Assembly: GCA_003990765.1 (NCBI GenBank)
Contig: RBNJ01000023.1
Span: 1 to 51,342, forward strand
Reading direction: 5' to 3'
DNA: 51,342 nt
Origin: Jimgerdemannia flammicorona
Taxonomy: Eukaryota
Part shown: one piece after another, positions 1-11,350 of the stretch
Layout of the letters: the number at the start of each line of letters is the position of its first letter
How positions within the stretch are numbered: position 1 is the stretch's first letter
Program-made: the position numbers and the translations under genes
Notes under the pieces: model-generated
The model's input: the letters and a program-made list of their open reading frames with translations, nothing else
Told to the model about the DNA's origin: nothing
The model's database searches: none

Positions 1-5
1 AAAAA

Positions 6-37
<32 letters not shown>

Positions 38-59
38 GTTATTAATAAATATAATGAAA

Positions 60-1860
60 TATCTCTTCTCTCTATAAAAAATAATATATATCAGACTATA
101 TATCTCTATATTGATTTAATCAAGTATACTGAATTTATGTTTTATCTACTCCTTAAATAGATATCAGAATGTTTTATTTACTATACAATCCTTATAGAAA
201 TTATCATCAAAGTATATTGTCAGTAATTCTTATATAAATCTATTTCTGATCATTCTTCTAAGCTTGATTTCTCTATATATCTTAAGTATTGATACCATAT
301 ATAGTATATATTAGATATAATTATTATGTATATAGAGGTCTTTATACTACTCAGTATACTATTGATCATATAAAGATTGCTTTATTTTAATATTATTATA
401 ATCTTCTTATTATTCTTTAAACTATATACTATTGTTCTCATCAGATATATATGTATTTTTTTATCACTATTTCTTATCTTCAAAGTATATAATATGTCCT
501 GAAAAGTACCAGCAAGTTCTGTGATATTTCTATAGAGATATATACTAATATTTTCTCTTTTTTTTGAGTATATATCATTATTATTATCTAACTTAATAGT
601 TACAGAATATTCAAATAACTTATATATTAAGAATTATTCTTGATAGGCTATCAAATATTATATAGTACCTGAATCTATAAGCTAAATATTATTATCATTA
701 GCAGTATTGATACTCTTACTAGTTGTATTCTTATTAATAAATATATATATATATTTTACTTATATGAAAAATATGCTACTATTATTATTGATTTGGATAG
801 TATTTGTATTATATTATTCTTTACTATTATATTTCTTTCCACTGCTCCCATATTGCCAATACTGACTTCTATACTTATTTTTATTATTTTTCTTATCTTT
901 ATAATAGTAATTATTATATATATATATATCTATACTTATTATAATAATAGTAGTTTTTATTAATTTTTTTATATTTTTGATCTTATTGATACTTCTTGTC
1001 TCATCTGCATAATCTGTAAAATACTTTCTCATTATTATTATTATTATTATTATTAATATTTCCTTAATACATCTCTTTATTAATGAGACTCATTATTATG
1101 TAAATATAGTTTATAAGTTTTCTACTTTTATATATAGCTACTACTATAATATTATATATCTTAGAGAGATCTCATATAAGGACTGAAATCTTGTCTTTAT
1201 CACTGATGCACTCTGCTGATGTATTTAAAGATTTCACCTAATTTATCAGATTATTAATATGATCAGTATATTTATAGATTCTATTTTTAGATTTATTTAT
1301 AGATAGAATAGCTGAAATTTTAGATAAAATTAATTTGATAAAAATACTTATATATGATAATTGCATAGAGTCTCTTATATATTATGAACTATCATAGTAT
1401 ATATTATAAGCTTCATTTACTAGTTTTATAATATAAAGATAATCTCTTATAATACTTAGTAATTATTTATAGTATTATAACCTTGAATCTATGTCTATAG
1501 TTTCATATACTTTGCTAAGCTATACTCCTTCAGAAGATTACTTATATGGAATGTCTAAATAGTATAATCTTTATTATTAAAGATAGAAATCAATCTCTTA
1601 ATTATATTTATATTTGCTATAGAAACTATAACCATTATACTTATTTTAGAGATACCTATATCTACTATATTCAGTATATTTGTACTAGTTTCTTAGTTTA
1701 TCTATACTGATATCTTAGTGTAGAGTCTTAGAGAGGTATTTCTTATTAGTTATGAAGTAGAATCCATAACCTTTATTATAACTCAATGAAGTAGAGAGCA
1801 GAGAAAAAGAGTAGTAGTTTGTTTATTATTTTAGATAATATGTATTTATATATCAAGTAA
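60..1860 (-). mobile_element. Heavily mutated Ty1/copia relic (probable LTR, PBS, gag, protease, pre-integrase region), head-to-head with the copia at 2165
   Basis: Reverse complement aligns by eye to the + strand copia: 1480-1610 matches the gag N-terminus at 2483-2595, 640-740 the protease WLxDSG region, 60-480 the 3845-4330 region. PBS-like gaatccataacct at ~1760-1772 (rc aggttatggattc, from GGTTATGGGCCC). Ends approximate. Confidence 0.75.
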
Positions 1861-1864
1861 TATA

Positions 1865-2164
1865 ACTCACAGTCTCAGAGATAAATCTATCAAGTCTGAA
1901 AGAACAATAGTACTTAGTACAGAACTAGCTATATAGCTATCCAAAGAAACTTCCATCCAACTGACCTCAAGATCTAGACTTGTTAAATAAGGAATAACTA
2001 TAGAAGGAGGAACAATAGACTCTAAATATATATGCAAAATTAAGATTATTCTGAATAATAGTAATATAGAGTGAAACTAAATCTATAAAAGGCAAAAGAT
2101 TATATAAGAAATCTTCATAAAAATCAAGACTCTCTAACTACATATAAGCTATCTCTAAACTTAC
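1865..2164 (+). pseudogene. Decayed dUTPase segment of the local Ty3/gypsy family (left part, interrupted by copia)
   Basis: Colinear with ~22695-22990, e.g. caactgacctcaagatctagacttg and gaaggaggaacaatagac (QLTSRSRL, EGGTID). Confidence 0.8.
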
Positions 2165-2292
2165 TGTTAGGATGGCAACTTGATATGCCAGCACATGACC
2201 TTATGTCATTCCATCAGACTTATATTATTTATCAGTAATATAGAGAAATACATGACCTATATAACTTCAATAAAGTGCCTCTCTTTCCAATA
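2165..2292 (+). repeat. Copia 5' LTR (128 bp)
   Basis: Starts TG, ends ccaata (CA mutated to TA); aligns without gaps to 7300-7427. Confidence 0.92.
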
Positions 2293-2294
2293 AA

Positions 2295-2306
2295 GGTTAT
2301 TAGCCC
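2295..2306 (+). promoter_or_regulatory. Copia primer-binding site, half-tRNA-iMet type
   Basis: ggttattagccc immediately after the LTR; one mismatch to GGTTATGAGCCC, complementary to the anticodon arm of initiator tRNA-Met as in Drosophila copia and Ty5. Confidence 0.8.
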
Positions 2307-2366
2307 TGCTAGTACTAAGCAGCTATAACAAAACACCTCTTTAAATATGCTATATATATACTAGAA

Positions 2367-5300
2367 ATGTCAGAAGACCAGCCTAGCAATATAAGTATAG
2401 AAATAGATATACTAATTATGAGCATTTCTCTCATAGGTATAACCTCAACAAGTATGAGAAATACTGTTTCAGTTATTTGTGTAATATAGTCAAGAGGTCC
2501 ATCCTGATCTTTGATGGGAAAGACTATGCCATTTGGGTATTTCATATGATGAATCTCCTCAACAAATATAGTTTGGTAAAGTATATGAAGCTACAAGTAC
2601 TAATTCAAGATTATAACCCCACAAATGATTATCAAATATTATGCAAGATTGTATTTATATTATTGAACTTACAAATAAAGCTCATAATGTATACTACAAT
2701 AACTCACAAGATATGAGAAGTCCTACATAAGTATCACATATAAGCATCTGCATCAAATTGATTCCACCTGAAATCTCAGCTATTCAATCTTCAAATGAAG
2801 CCAAAGGAGTACATCTATGACTATACCAATTGCATCAATGATCTGGTGAATTAAGTGAATTCTCTCAGTGCATCTGCAGATTGTATTGGTAATAAAGATA
2901 AGATTATAGTACTCACAAGGGGACTTTCAGGTATATAATGTTGTCATCACAGTCATGCATAAAAGTAGCAGTCTTTTAGACTATGCTCACATAATAACAA
3001 GCCTCATGAATGAGGAAATGTACCAAGGAAACAGTACAAATGATGATGATGAAAATGCTCTCTATAGGTCTCATGGATGTGATGGTGCTAAATGAGATCA
3101 AAAGTATGGTCAACAAGGTCAGTAAACTCAAACCCAAGCTCAACAATATGATAATAATCAGTCTACTAATCAATCAACCAAGTATAATGATCACTGTGAA
3201 TACTGTAGCAAGTATATATATAAGAAACATCATTGTTATTATTGGGAGAATGACAAAGAGAGTAGTGAAAATAAGCAATAATATGGAAGTCAGCATTAGC
3301 AATGTGGGAGCAGTAGAAATAATTATTGAGACAAAGAGAAGTATGGTAATACAAATACTACTGAAACTGATGAAAGTGGTAATCTATTTTTTGTGCAAGC
3401 TACTAGTTCTGCCACCAGCTTCACTACCAATTCCACCAGTACAAGATCTATATCTATAAGTAGTATGATCTCCAAATCCACCAATCTGTCATCTACAAAT
3501 CTCAGTCTGCAAAATACTTTTTGGCTGACAAAAAGTTGTGATGACATCAACCATATATCCAGTAGTAAATCTGCTAATACAGCCAATGACAACAATGTCT
3601 GGCTCATGAATTCTGGAGCCACACAATATATGATACCATATAGAAAATAGTTCTCTATGTATGAGCCTTTCAAACACCCTGTACCTATCAAGTTAAGAGA
3701 CAACAATATCATCTACACTCAAGAAAAGGAAAATGTGGAGATACATCTCTATGGAAATATCATTGAGCCTGCCACCACTCTTGAGGATATACTATATACT
3801 CCAGAGATAGGAAAGAATCTCTTCTCTATGGGAAAAATGATATCCCATAGTAATAAAAAAATATACATATATACAAAGAGTGCCACTATATATAATTCAT
3901 ATAATAATGAGCTAATAATAGAGACAACCACCCTACTTGCAACTAGTCTAGAAATAACTATTCTAAAAAACTATATTGGAATTATCAAGACAAGAAGCAG
4001 TCTGGCTAGAAGTAAAATTGTTTCGAAATACAGAAATCTTTATATGATAAATGGAATGCTGAATAGCATAAGAGCCTCTGCTTATACAATAACTATGTCT
4101 GACACATCAAATATGTGGCATCAATACTTAGGATATATCAGTAAGACAAACCTCGAATGTATAATAAGAAGCAGCTCAGTGAAAGGATTGCTGGCATATA
4201 TATATCTAGAGGATAGCTTTTATGAGGTATATACAAAAAACAAAGCCTTCTGATGACTGTTCAAAGAATGACTGAAGCACACCTTGGAGATTCTCAATCT
4301 AATCTATACAGATATATGTGGCCTGATATGTACTCTATCACATTCTGGTAAGAGATACTTTTTGATATTTATTAATGATCATATGTATAAGACATATATT
4401 ATATATATTTTCTATTAGTAAAGAGTGAAGCCTTGGAGAAATTCAAAGAATTTAAAGTAATCACTGAGAATGAAACAGGGCATAGAATATATACTATATA
4501 CTCAGATAACAGATGTAAATATATCAATAATGTGTTCAGAGAATTCCTGATGAAATATAGCATAAGCCATCAAATGATAGCTTCTTATATATCTCAGCAA
4601 AACAGTATGGCCAAGCAATTTAACCATATGATCATTGAAATGGCTTGAATGATGATTAATGTGATGACTGAACTAGGTTATTCCTATTGGGCCAAAGCCA
4701 TCAATATAGCAGTATATATCTGTAACTGATATAAATCTCAATTACTCAGTAAGAATTCTGATAACAATAAGAATTTCAGAGATAATGATCTTACTCCTGA
4801 AGAATTATGGAGCAAAATGAACCTGGATGTATCATACTTATAAATCTTCAGATGCAAAGCATATATCCTTGACAAAAGTAATGCAATCTAGCATAAATTC
4901 AAGCCCAAGACAAGTAAGCATATATTTCTTAGATATTCTGATAAAGTGTATAGGCTATGAGATCTACACAAGTAGTGTATAGTCATTTCACATAATATAC
5001 AGTTCAGAGAAAAAGGCTCAGAGATCTATATAGATGTACTAGTAGATATAAGCTCTACATCTCAGCTAGTATAAATGCAGTAATCAGTGCAACTGTCATC
5101 CACCTCTCTAGTGATCAATCAGAACTATTTTCAACCACTATATATATCTGAGTCTGAGCCAGAGATGCCTGAGCCAAGAATAACAGAAATAAAAGATGAA
5201 AATAATAGTGAACCCTCCAGCAATAAGAGATCTATAAGGAGTAAGCAAAAGTACTCCAACATTTACCAAGAAATTCATTCTGATTTAGAAAATTATTAGG

Positions 5301-7002
5301 ATATATCTATAAGCCCTAGATGATGATAAAAGGACCATATGAGCTATACTGAAGCATATGAATGTATATATATTGCAACATCTTCCAGTGAGCCAAGTAT
5401 ATATAACAAGACTATATAATACCTGGATAGTAAGAAATGGAAATGTGTGATAGATGAGGAATATGATTTGCTCATTGAGAATAATACCTGGAATCTGGTG
5501 TCTCTTCTACCAAACTATCAAGCAATCAGATCCAAGTAGATATATAGGATAAAGTGCAATACTGATAGCAATATAGAGTGGTATAAAGCTCATTTCATTA
5601 CCAAGAATTATTTGCAAGATTATAGTATAGACTATGATGAGACATTTTTGCTGATATTCAAGCTTACTTTGCTTAGAATACTTCTTATAATTAGAGTAGT
5701 ATATGATCTTGAAATCCATCAAATAGATATCAAGACAGCATTTCTAAATAGTGATATAGACATCAAACTATATGTTTATCAACTACAAGAATATGAATTA
5801 TACAATAACCCAAATGATGAGCTCATATGCAAATTATGTTAGAGACTATATAGTATCAAGTAAACAGCATACCTGTGGAATAAAAGAATTGACAAACATC
5901 TCCTTGATAATCGATTCATATAATGTGAAGCAGATAATTGCATATATGTCCAGCATTATAATAATAGCAGTATAGTATTCATTGGTATATAGGTAAATGA
6001 TATTATCATTATTACTAGCAAGAACAGACTTAATGGAGTAAAGGAATCCCTATGCTGAGAATTCAAGATGACTAATATGGATGATATATCCTTTCTTTTA
6101 GAGATATCAATTATATATAATAGAAATACATGTGCTATATACCTTTTGCAAGAAATATATACCAAAGCTATCCTCAAATATTTCAATATAAGTGAATGCA
6201 AGCTGGTTAGCACTTCTATAGATACTTTTATAAAATTAAGGAAACTGGATACTACTCCTGAGAATGATGATAATATGTTTATCAAGAATAGTGCCAATAT
6301 TCCCTATCAGCAAGTGGTTGGTTCTCTTATATATCTCATACTTGAAATGAGGCCCGACATATCATATACTATGAATAAGGTGGTATAGTACTCCTTCTGC
6401 TATAATAATTTGTATTGGAGCACCATTAAAAGAATATTCAGATATCTAAAGGGTATGGCATACTATATACTCATATTGAGTAGCAGTGATATTAGATTAA
6501 GTGGAAGTAATAGCAAGAGTAATAGCATCTGACTATCCAGTACATATGATACCAATTGGGTCAGAGACTTAGATAACCATTGATCTATGACTGAGTATCT
6601 CTTCCACATTAGTGACTAAGGATCCATCATCTCATAGCAAATACATAAGCAATCCTCCATTGCAATATCATCTATGTAAGCTGAATATCATTAGCAACAA
6701 AGGAAGCTATATGGCTCTGCAAACTATTAAAGAAGCTCAGCTTTATGCAAGAAAGCACTATGCTATATCAAGATAACCAATCTATAATTATACTTACCAA
6801 GAATCTGGTATACTATAGCAGAATGAAACATATCAATATACAGTATCATTTTATATATAAATGTATAGAAACTGGTACCATACACCTGGAATACATTCCA
6901 ACAGAGTATATAATTGCAGACTTTTTGACCAAAGCCCTTCCAAAGCCAAAATTTAAACAATGTACTAAGGAAATAGGTCTTACAAGCTATATACCAGCCT
7001 AA
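2367..7002 (+). pseudogene. Copia gag-pol polyprotein with many stops and frameshifts
   Basis: Gag N-terminus IFDGKDYAIW; protease WLMNSGAT (~3600-3625); pre-integrase MWHQYLGY; integrase core (IYSDNRCKY, QQNSMAKQFN); RT HQIDIKTAFLNS and PYQQVVGSLIYL; RNase H end ADFLTKALPKPKF. Confidence 0.9.
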
Positions 7003-7299
7003 TGGTCAATTACAGGACATTTTTCAGACTGCAAAAAGCCTTTCTTACTATATTACATATTATATATATATTTGACATCAACATTAGTTATATCTCTGAG
7101 TGGGTTACAGTGTATTTCTGGTAGATATTTTGGATATTTTGAGTATTTTGGAATACTTTTTGACCTATGAAAATTCCTTAGATATAGGATTTCTAGTTCT
7201 TTGGGTTATATGCAGTTCTAGTTTTTGCATACATTGTATTGCTTTCTATTCTAGTTTATATTCTTTTTTTTTTTTGGATTACATCTCATTAAGCAAGAG

Positions 7300-7427
7300 T
7301 ATTGGAATAGTAACTCAATATGCTAGCACATGACCTTATGTTATTCTATTAGACTTATATCATTCATCAGTAATGTAGAGAAATATATAATCTATGCAAC
7401 TTTGATAAAGTGTCTCTCTTTCCAATA
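7300..7427 (+). repeat. Copia 3' LTR (128 bp)
   Basis: Copy of 2165-2292 with TG mutated to TA; preceded by a decayed polypurine tract (aagcaagag). Confidence 0.92.
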
Positions 7428-7995
7428 CTTACTCAAGATACATATAAGACAAATCAAAAGATTTGAAAACTCAGACAAAAATAAGTACATCTTCTATAGA
7501 TTAATTACTTTAAGAAGAATGTTCCTCAGTAAGTATACTACTAACTAGTTAAGCTATATAAGAATCTTATCTTAGAATTAGAAAAACAGACCATCTTTAA
7601 AATCTTTATACCATCTGATCTCAGAAATTTCTTCTTTGAACTCAATGAGAACATTAAGAATCTAGATATAGAAGAATATATATTTTCTGATAAGATAAAT
7701 TCTGTATACTCTTGAGTAATTAACTAAAGCTAAGAAACCCTCATTCTGATGAAAAAAACTATTATAAACTATCTGATACTATACATATATATCTCAATTA
7801 AATATATAGAGAAGTTTATAAACTAAATATATCAGAAAATAGCAGAAGGTTCTAGAAGAAAGAAAAGGCCTTTTTGAGATTTAGAAAAAAGTAAAGTTTT
7901 CTATATATATAGAAAACTCTTAATTGTGAAAAATCTATATACTACAGAAATGAATCATAACTTAGCCACTATATAATTGACAAACATCTTCAGTA
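7428..7995 (+). pseudogene. Continuation of the decayed gypsy pol relic (dUTPase C-terminus and linker to RT)
   Basis: Colinear with ~22990-23530, e.g. aagaagaatgttcctcagtaag vs aagaggaatgttccccagcaag; resumes where 1865-2164 stops. Confidence 0.8.
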
Positions 7996-8489
7996 TTTAG
8001 AGTAAATAAATCTCAGATCAAAATAGGATAAAGGAACTAGTAAGTCAGCAGATAGATACATTTCAATCTTATCTACCCCTGCACCTGAAGGTCTCTGAGA
8101 AGTCAAAAAAGATCAAGTATTCAAGATAAAGAAATCTGGCATACTTCTCAGATTAAGCATCTGCTATGTTACAATAGTTATATATATATTTAAAAAAATT
8201 TAATCTGTAAACTAACAGAGTTACTAAGTTTTAAAGAAAGTAATATAATATTATAAAATTCGTTTTTAATCTCAAAGAAGCAAGAAATGTAAGTTTGATG
8301 CTTCCACTGATTATATTTTACTGTGTTGCCTTTTGTTAGCTTCCGGAGGACTGGTAATCAATGATTGTCCCGCAAACAAAACAACACAAAGAAGCCCTTT
8401 TTTCGATATAGGCCTGAATACCAAGGTCACGAGGTACAAACGTTTATCATTATTTTTTGCTCGGAGGAGTACACCGGAAATCTCGCTTA

Positions 8490-8950
8490 ATTTTGTTATC
8501 TGTTACCTCCCCCATTCATTCCGGGTTTCCCCGATTTCCAATGAACTCGCGCCTCGCAACTCTTGGACGTTAACCGGTTCTTGTATTTGCGCGGTTTGAC
8601 TCACAATCCCCGATTAACTCGCTTCGTGTGGGTTGTTGACAATGTACAATTCCCATCCGGGTTACCCAGATTTCCAATGAACTCGTGCTTCTCACGTTTG
8701 TTGACTCTGTACAATTCTCAATCTGGACTTAACCGGTTCTCACACGGTTTGTTGATCAATTTCCAATGAACTCGTGTCGTGCAACGTTGACTCTGAATCT
8801 GGATTCTCACCCGGTTTGTTGACTTTGTACAATTTCCAATCAGGATTCTTACCCGCGGTTTGCTGACTCTGTACAATTTGCGCGGTTTGTTGACTCGGGA
8901 CAATTCCCAATCCAAATTTCCCAGATTTTCAATGAACTCGTGTCTTGCAA
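8490..8950. repeat. Modular CpG-containing direct-repeat region
   Basis: ttccaatgaactcg-like module four times (~8536, 8672, 8761, 8927) interleaved with about six (cgc)ggtttgttgactctgtacaatt modules. Confidence 0.75.
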
Positions 8951-9689
8951 CCCTTTCTCACGCGGCCTACTACGAACCCTACAGCATTTGTATTTTGGCA
9001 ATCCCGAATGAAATTTGTTTAAGTAATGGCCCTGCGTTTATTGAAATGATATCTCTCGGAATACGTTGTAACTACAAGATCTTTTTTTTTTTTTTTTTTT
9101 CACCGGTCCTAGATTCGTGCTCTTGTTTAGGGAACCATTTGTGTTCACCTGAGGCCATAACAGGTCCTTGAAACACCTTAATATTGAGCTTGACAACGCA
9201 AACGCCGCGTCTCAGTATATTCATTCATTTACCATCAAGACAGCAACACAACGAAACAAGTATAACATTTCGTTAGATTGTATGCTGGGCAATCCTGTTT
9301 TGCAACATGCAATGGAGATAGACTTTGCGCTATACTATACCAATTACGGCCTCGCGTTTTGTCTCCTTTGTGCATATACTGTGAGCAAGGTCGAGAACGC
9401 TTTTGTTATTTGGAATAAATCGTTACGTTATATATTCATATTTGGATTTGCTTTTCTTGATGGTGTGGGTTACATAACACAAACGTGTTATGGGGGAACA
9501 TACTACCAAGTCGCTCTCTTGGTAGAATTCCCAACCCTCAAAAAATACAAATCAATAAACTCGTAAATTCATCTAAATAACTTCCCGTTACCGAGCCGTA
9601 TCCAGAGTTATATCTGACGACGCTCGCAATCCACCAATATTTGACATGTTTATTATGCCCAAATCGAAGAGGGAAAGGCGTAAAAAAAG

Positions 9690-10184
9690 CTAGCTGACAT
9701 TGTCGTCGCTCTCTATGGAAGTTTCGAGTACTTCTGTGAAATCTTTTAATGCTATGGTCTTGATTACCATGAGAGGTGCCGAGAAGTTTACGAAATGTTC
9801 CTTCAAAACGTTAGCTATTTCATAGAATCGCTTTGCAAACATCAGACGTTGATTTAAAAACTGTCTCGTGTTTTTATCGGTTTTTGGCCATATGCCATTC
9901 GCTATCTTTCTCATAACCCCGCTGAATCTACTCCGAACAACCTGCCGCTCAAGCCTTTTAAGATGTAAGTGCACAATATAATATCGCCATGCCATGCACT
10001 GATTCTCGGCTGCATCCTTGATCCCTGCCGTTCGCATGCACACTTGTACGGCGTCAATGAATTCGGATATGAGTGTCTCCTCCGGACAGTCATTGTCATC
10101 CAGAAGTGGCAGCTCCTTGGTATTCGTCGAACGTCTTGCGTCCTTGATGTATTTCATTAGGGTTTCGGTTGAGGTTTTGGGCAT
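9690..10184 (-). CDS. Intronless 164-aa probably alpha-helical protein, paralogue A; candidate homologue of the gypsy ORF3
   Basis: Intact ORF, start context tccgccATG at 10184, CpG retained; roughly half identical to the neighbouring paralogue (PEETLISEFIDAV, MAWxYYxVHLHL, GIWP, FLNQR, FVNFSAPL). Confidence 0.85.
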   Translation of the reverse strand: MPKTSTETLMKYIKDARRSTNTKELPLLDDNDCPEETLISEFIDAVQVCMRTAGIKDAAENQCMAWRYYIVHLHLKRLERQVVRSRFSGVMRKIANGIWPKTDKNTRQFLNQRLMFAKRFYEIANVLKEHFVNFSAPLMVIKTIALKDFTEVLETSIESDDNVS

Positions 10185-10515
10185 GGCGGAAAGGATGCTT
10201 TTTGCTGCCGCAAGTCGCCCAACGACCTTTGAAGATTTTGATTGGTGGTACAATGAATGAACACCTGAACATTGTTTAGCCCCGGGTCATGCATTACCAA
10301 AGAACAGTCGATTTTGTGTCATACATAACAATGAAAAATACGGATATCGACCTGAAAGGGAAGGTATAACGAGACGAATGACATAGCCAACACTAGTTTG
10401 CATGGTAACGTGGATAGGCATACGATGTTTCAAGACTGTGAGATATTTATGTGATCAACTGAACAAACAACAAGGTGCACCGACAATTTATATGCTATCT
10501 AATCATTTATACTAT

Positions 10516-11037
10516 CTAACCCTCATTGAGTTCATCGATCTCACTGACTTTGTTATCACATTCCATGAATGTTTCGATTGCCTCCGAGAGTTCCTTCATG
10601 GTGATGTTTTTGATTAGCTCAAGAGGCGCCGAAAAATTTACAAAGCGTTCCTGCAAAACATTCCCTATTTGAAAATATCTCCTTCCATACATTACACGCT
10701 GATTCAAAAACCTTTTGCTGTTATTGTTTTTGAGGGCGTCTGGCCATATACCCTTCGCTATCTCTCCCATAACGGCGTCGAAGCGATTTTGAGCGACTTG
10801 CCGCTCAAGTCTGCTAAGATGTAAATGCACCATGTAATATTGCCATGCCATGCGTTGATAGTCGGCTTGATCTCCGGCGCCTGACTTGCGGGTACACTGT
10901 TTCACGGCGTCTATGAATTCAGATATAAGTGTTTCCTCAGGACGGGGATTGTTATCCAAGGTGGGTAACGTCATAACATCCTTGGAATGTCTTGCGTCGT
11001 TGATGCACTTTGCGAGGGTTTCGGTGCGGTTGGGCAT
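10516..11037 (-). CDS. Intronless 173-aa protein, paralogue B (tandem duplicate of 9690-10184)
   Basis: Intact ORF, start context ttcaccATG at 11037; conserved blocks shared with paralogue A show silent-site differences and the frame is preserved. Confidence 0.85.
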   Translation of the reverse strand: MPNRTETLAKCINDARHSKDVMTLPTLDNNPRPEETLISEFIDAVKQCTRKSGAGDQADYQRMAWQYYMVHLHLSRLERQVAQNRFDAVMGEIAKGIWPDALKNNNSKRFLNQRVMYGRRYFQIGNVLQERFVNFSAPLELIKNITMKELSEAIETFMECDNKVSEIDELNEG

Positions 11038-11254
11038 GGTGAACAACTGTCAGCGGTTACAAGGTCATCCAGTGGCTTTTGAGTGGGCAATCCATGACAT
11101 CCACTTGGGCGGATGACGACATGGACAAACAATACTAAGTCGAGGATTGTACAATCTAGCTAATCAGGCTGGCTGTAATTGGAAGGCATTAATAATCACG
11201 GTGCGCCATATTAGTAATTTTTATTTTATTTCTTTCCCTTGTCGTGCTCGAAAC

Positions 11255-11255
<1 letters not shown>

Positions 11256-11349
<94 letters not shown>
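11256..11349. repeat. 94-nt poly(dA) tract
   Basis: Uninterrupted A run about 220 nt upstream of the paralogue B start; no TSD identified. Confidence 0.9.

Positions 11350-11350
<1 letters not shown>

Larger units (their letters stand above)
2165..7427 (+). mobile_element. Structurally complete but pseudogenised Ty1/copia LTR retrotransposon
   Basis: 128-bp LTRs at 2165-2292 and 7300-7427; exact 5-bp TSD CTTAC at 2160-2164 and 7428-7432; PBS after the 5' LTR; domain order gag-PR-IN-RT-RNaseH. Confidence 0.95.
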
